From: Candidatus Subterrananammoxibius californiae
GTDB taxonomy: Bacteria; Planctomycetota; Brocadiia; Brocadiales; Subterrananammoxibiaceae
Direction: 5' to 3'
Length of the DNA: 16,713 nucleotides
Assembly (NCBI GenBank): GCA_030586555.1
Contig: JAURAC010000047.1
Span: forward strand, 1 to 16,713
Shown here: positions 16,229 to 16,713 of the stretch, in pieces
How positions within the stretch are numbered: the first letter of the stretch is position 1
Layout of the letters: each line of letters begins with the position of its first letter
Program-made: the position numbers and the translations under genes
Notes under the pieces: model-generated
What the model was told of the DNA's origin: nothing
Seen by the model: the letters and a program-made list of their open reading frames with translations, nothing else
The model's database searches: none

Positions 16229-16713
16229 ATAAAGTTTTCCTGCGCTACGGCTATAGTTACTCCCGCATATTTTTGTTTTGTCAGTATTAATTTTGTTTTC
16301 CTTCCGGCAATAAGTGCGGTGGGTTCACATACACCCCATACACCTATTTTTTCTTTAACAAAATCCGATTTATTAAATTCCTTAGTGCACGCCGCAATCT
16401 CAGACCTTGAAACAACCCTTAACGGTATATCAAGTTCCTCCGATGTTTGCAATAATCCAGGTTCTTCAGCTTTAATATCAATTGTAGAAAGTAATCTGAC
16501 GCGTTCTATACTAATGTTTATATTCTGAAGCGCATCTTTTATAGAATATTTTATAGCTTCACTTGAAATTCCTTTTTTGCAACCAATACCAATGATGATA
16601 TCTTTTTTTGCTTCTGTTCCTGTTGTAATCACTGCATCGGTACACAACGTAGCAGCTACATAATGTGCCAGCTTATTTGCGCCACCCTCATGTCCAGATA
16701 ACACGCTTATAAC
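16222..16713 (-). CDS. cbiG: Cobalt-precorrin-5A hydrolase CbiG, C-terminal part (5'-truncated by the window)
   Basis: The frame is open to the window edge (VISVLSGHEGGAN), with VITTGTE, IGIGCKKG, GVWGVCEPTAL and GVTIAVA motifs. Confidence 0.94.
   Translation of the reverse strand, partial: VISVLSGHEGGANKLAHYVAATLCTDAVITTGTEAKKDIIIGIGCKKGISSEAIKYSIKDALQNINISIERVRLLSTIDIKAEEPGLLQTSEELDIPLRVVSRSEIAACTKEFNKSDFVKEKIGVWGVCEPTALIAGRKTKLILTKQKYAGVTIAVAQENFMW

Noticed and set aside
595..16528. Opposite-strand or nested ORFs (e.g. 595..900, 3128..3403, 7951..8253, 13338..13538, 13409..14026, 14081..14452, 16319..16528)
   Set aside because: These are shadow frames of well-supported genes with no independent motifs.

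Overview
Bacterial chromosomal window. The flanks are housekeeping genes: the 3' part of a UbiA-like prenyltransferase gene, a DUF502 gene and tRNA-Sec (selC) on the left, and cobalamin genes cbiG-cobJ on the right. Between them lies a ~13.5 kb minus-strand, apparently co-transcribed 8-gene block: a CDC48/VAT-type double-AAA ATPase, a non-canonical Hsp70 with no J-protein or GrpE in the block, and six tandem paralogous TPR proteins. The TPR genes share N-terminal, core and C-terminal modules but differ widely elsewhere. They show signs of recent recombination: three near-identical 80-bp gene-junction repeats and a 258-bp tract with 256 identities between two non-adjacent paralogs. The whole block is bracketed by a ~50-bp imperfect inverted repeat containing XerD-arm-like TTATGT motifs, yet no integrase or transposase is present. 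My main hypothesis (inference only) is a mobile chaperone/unfoldase system with a diversifying array of TPR adaptors or sensors. The host lineage cannot be established from this window, and no database searches were run.
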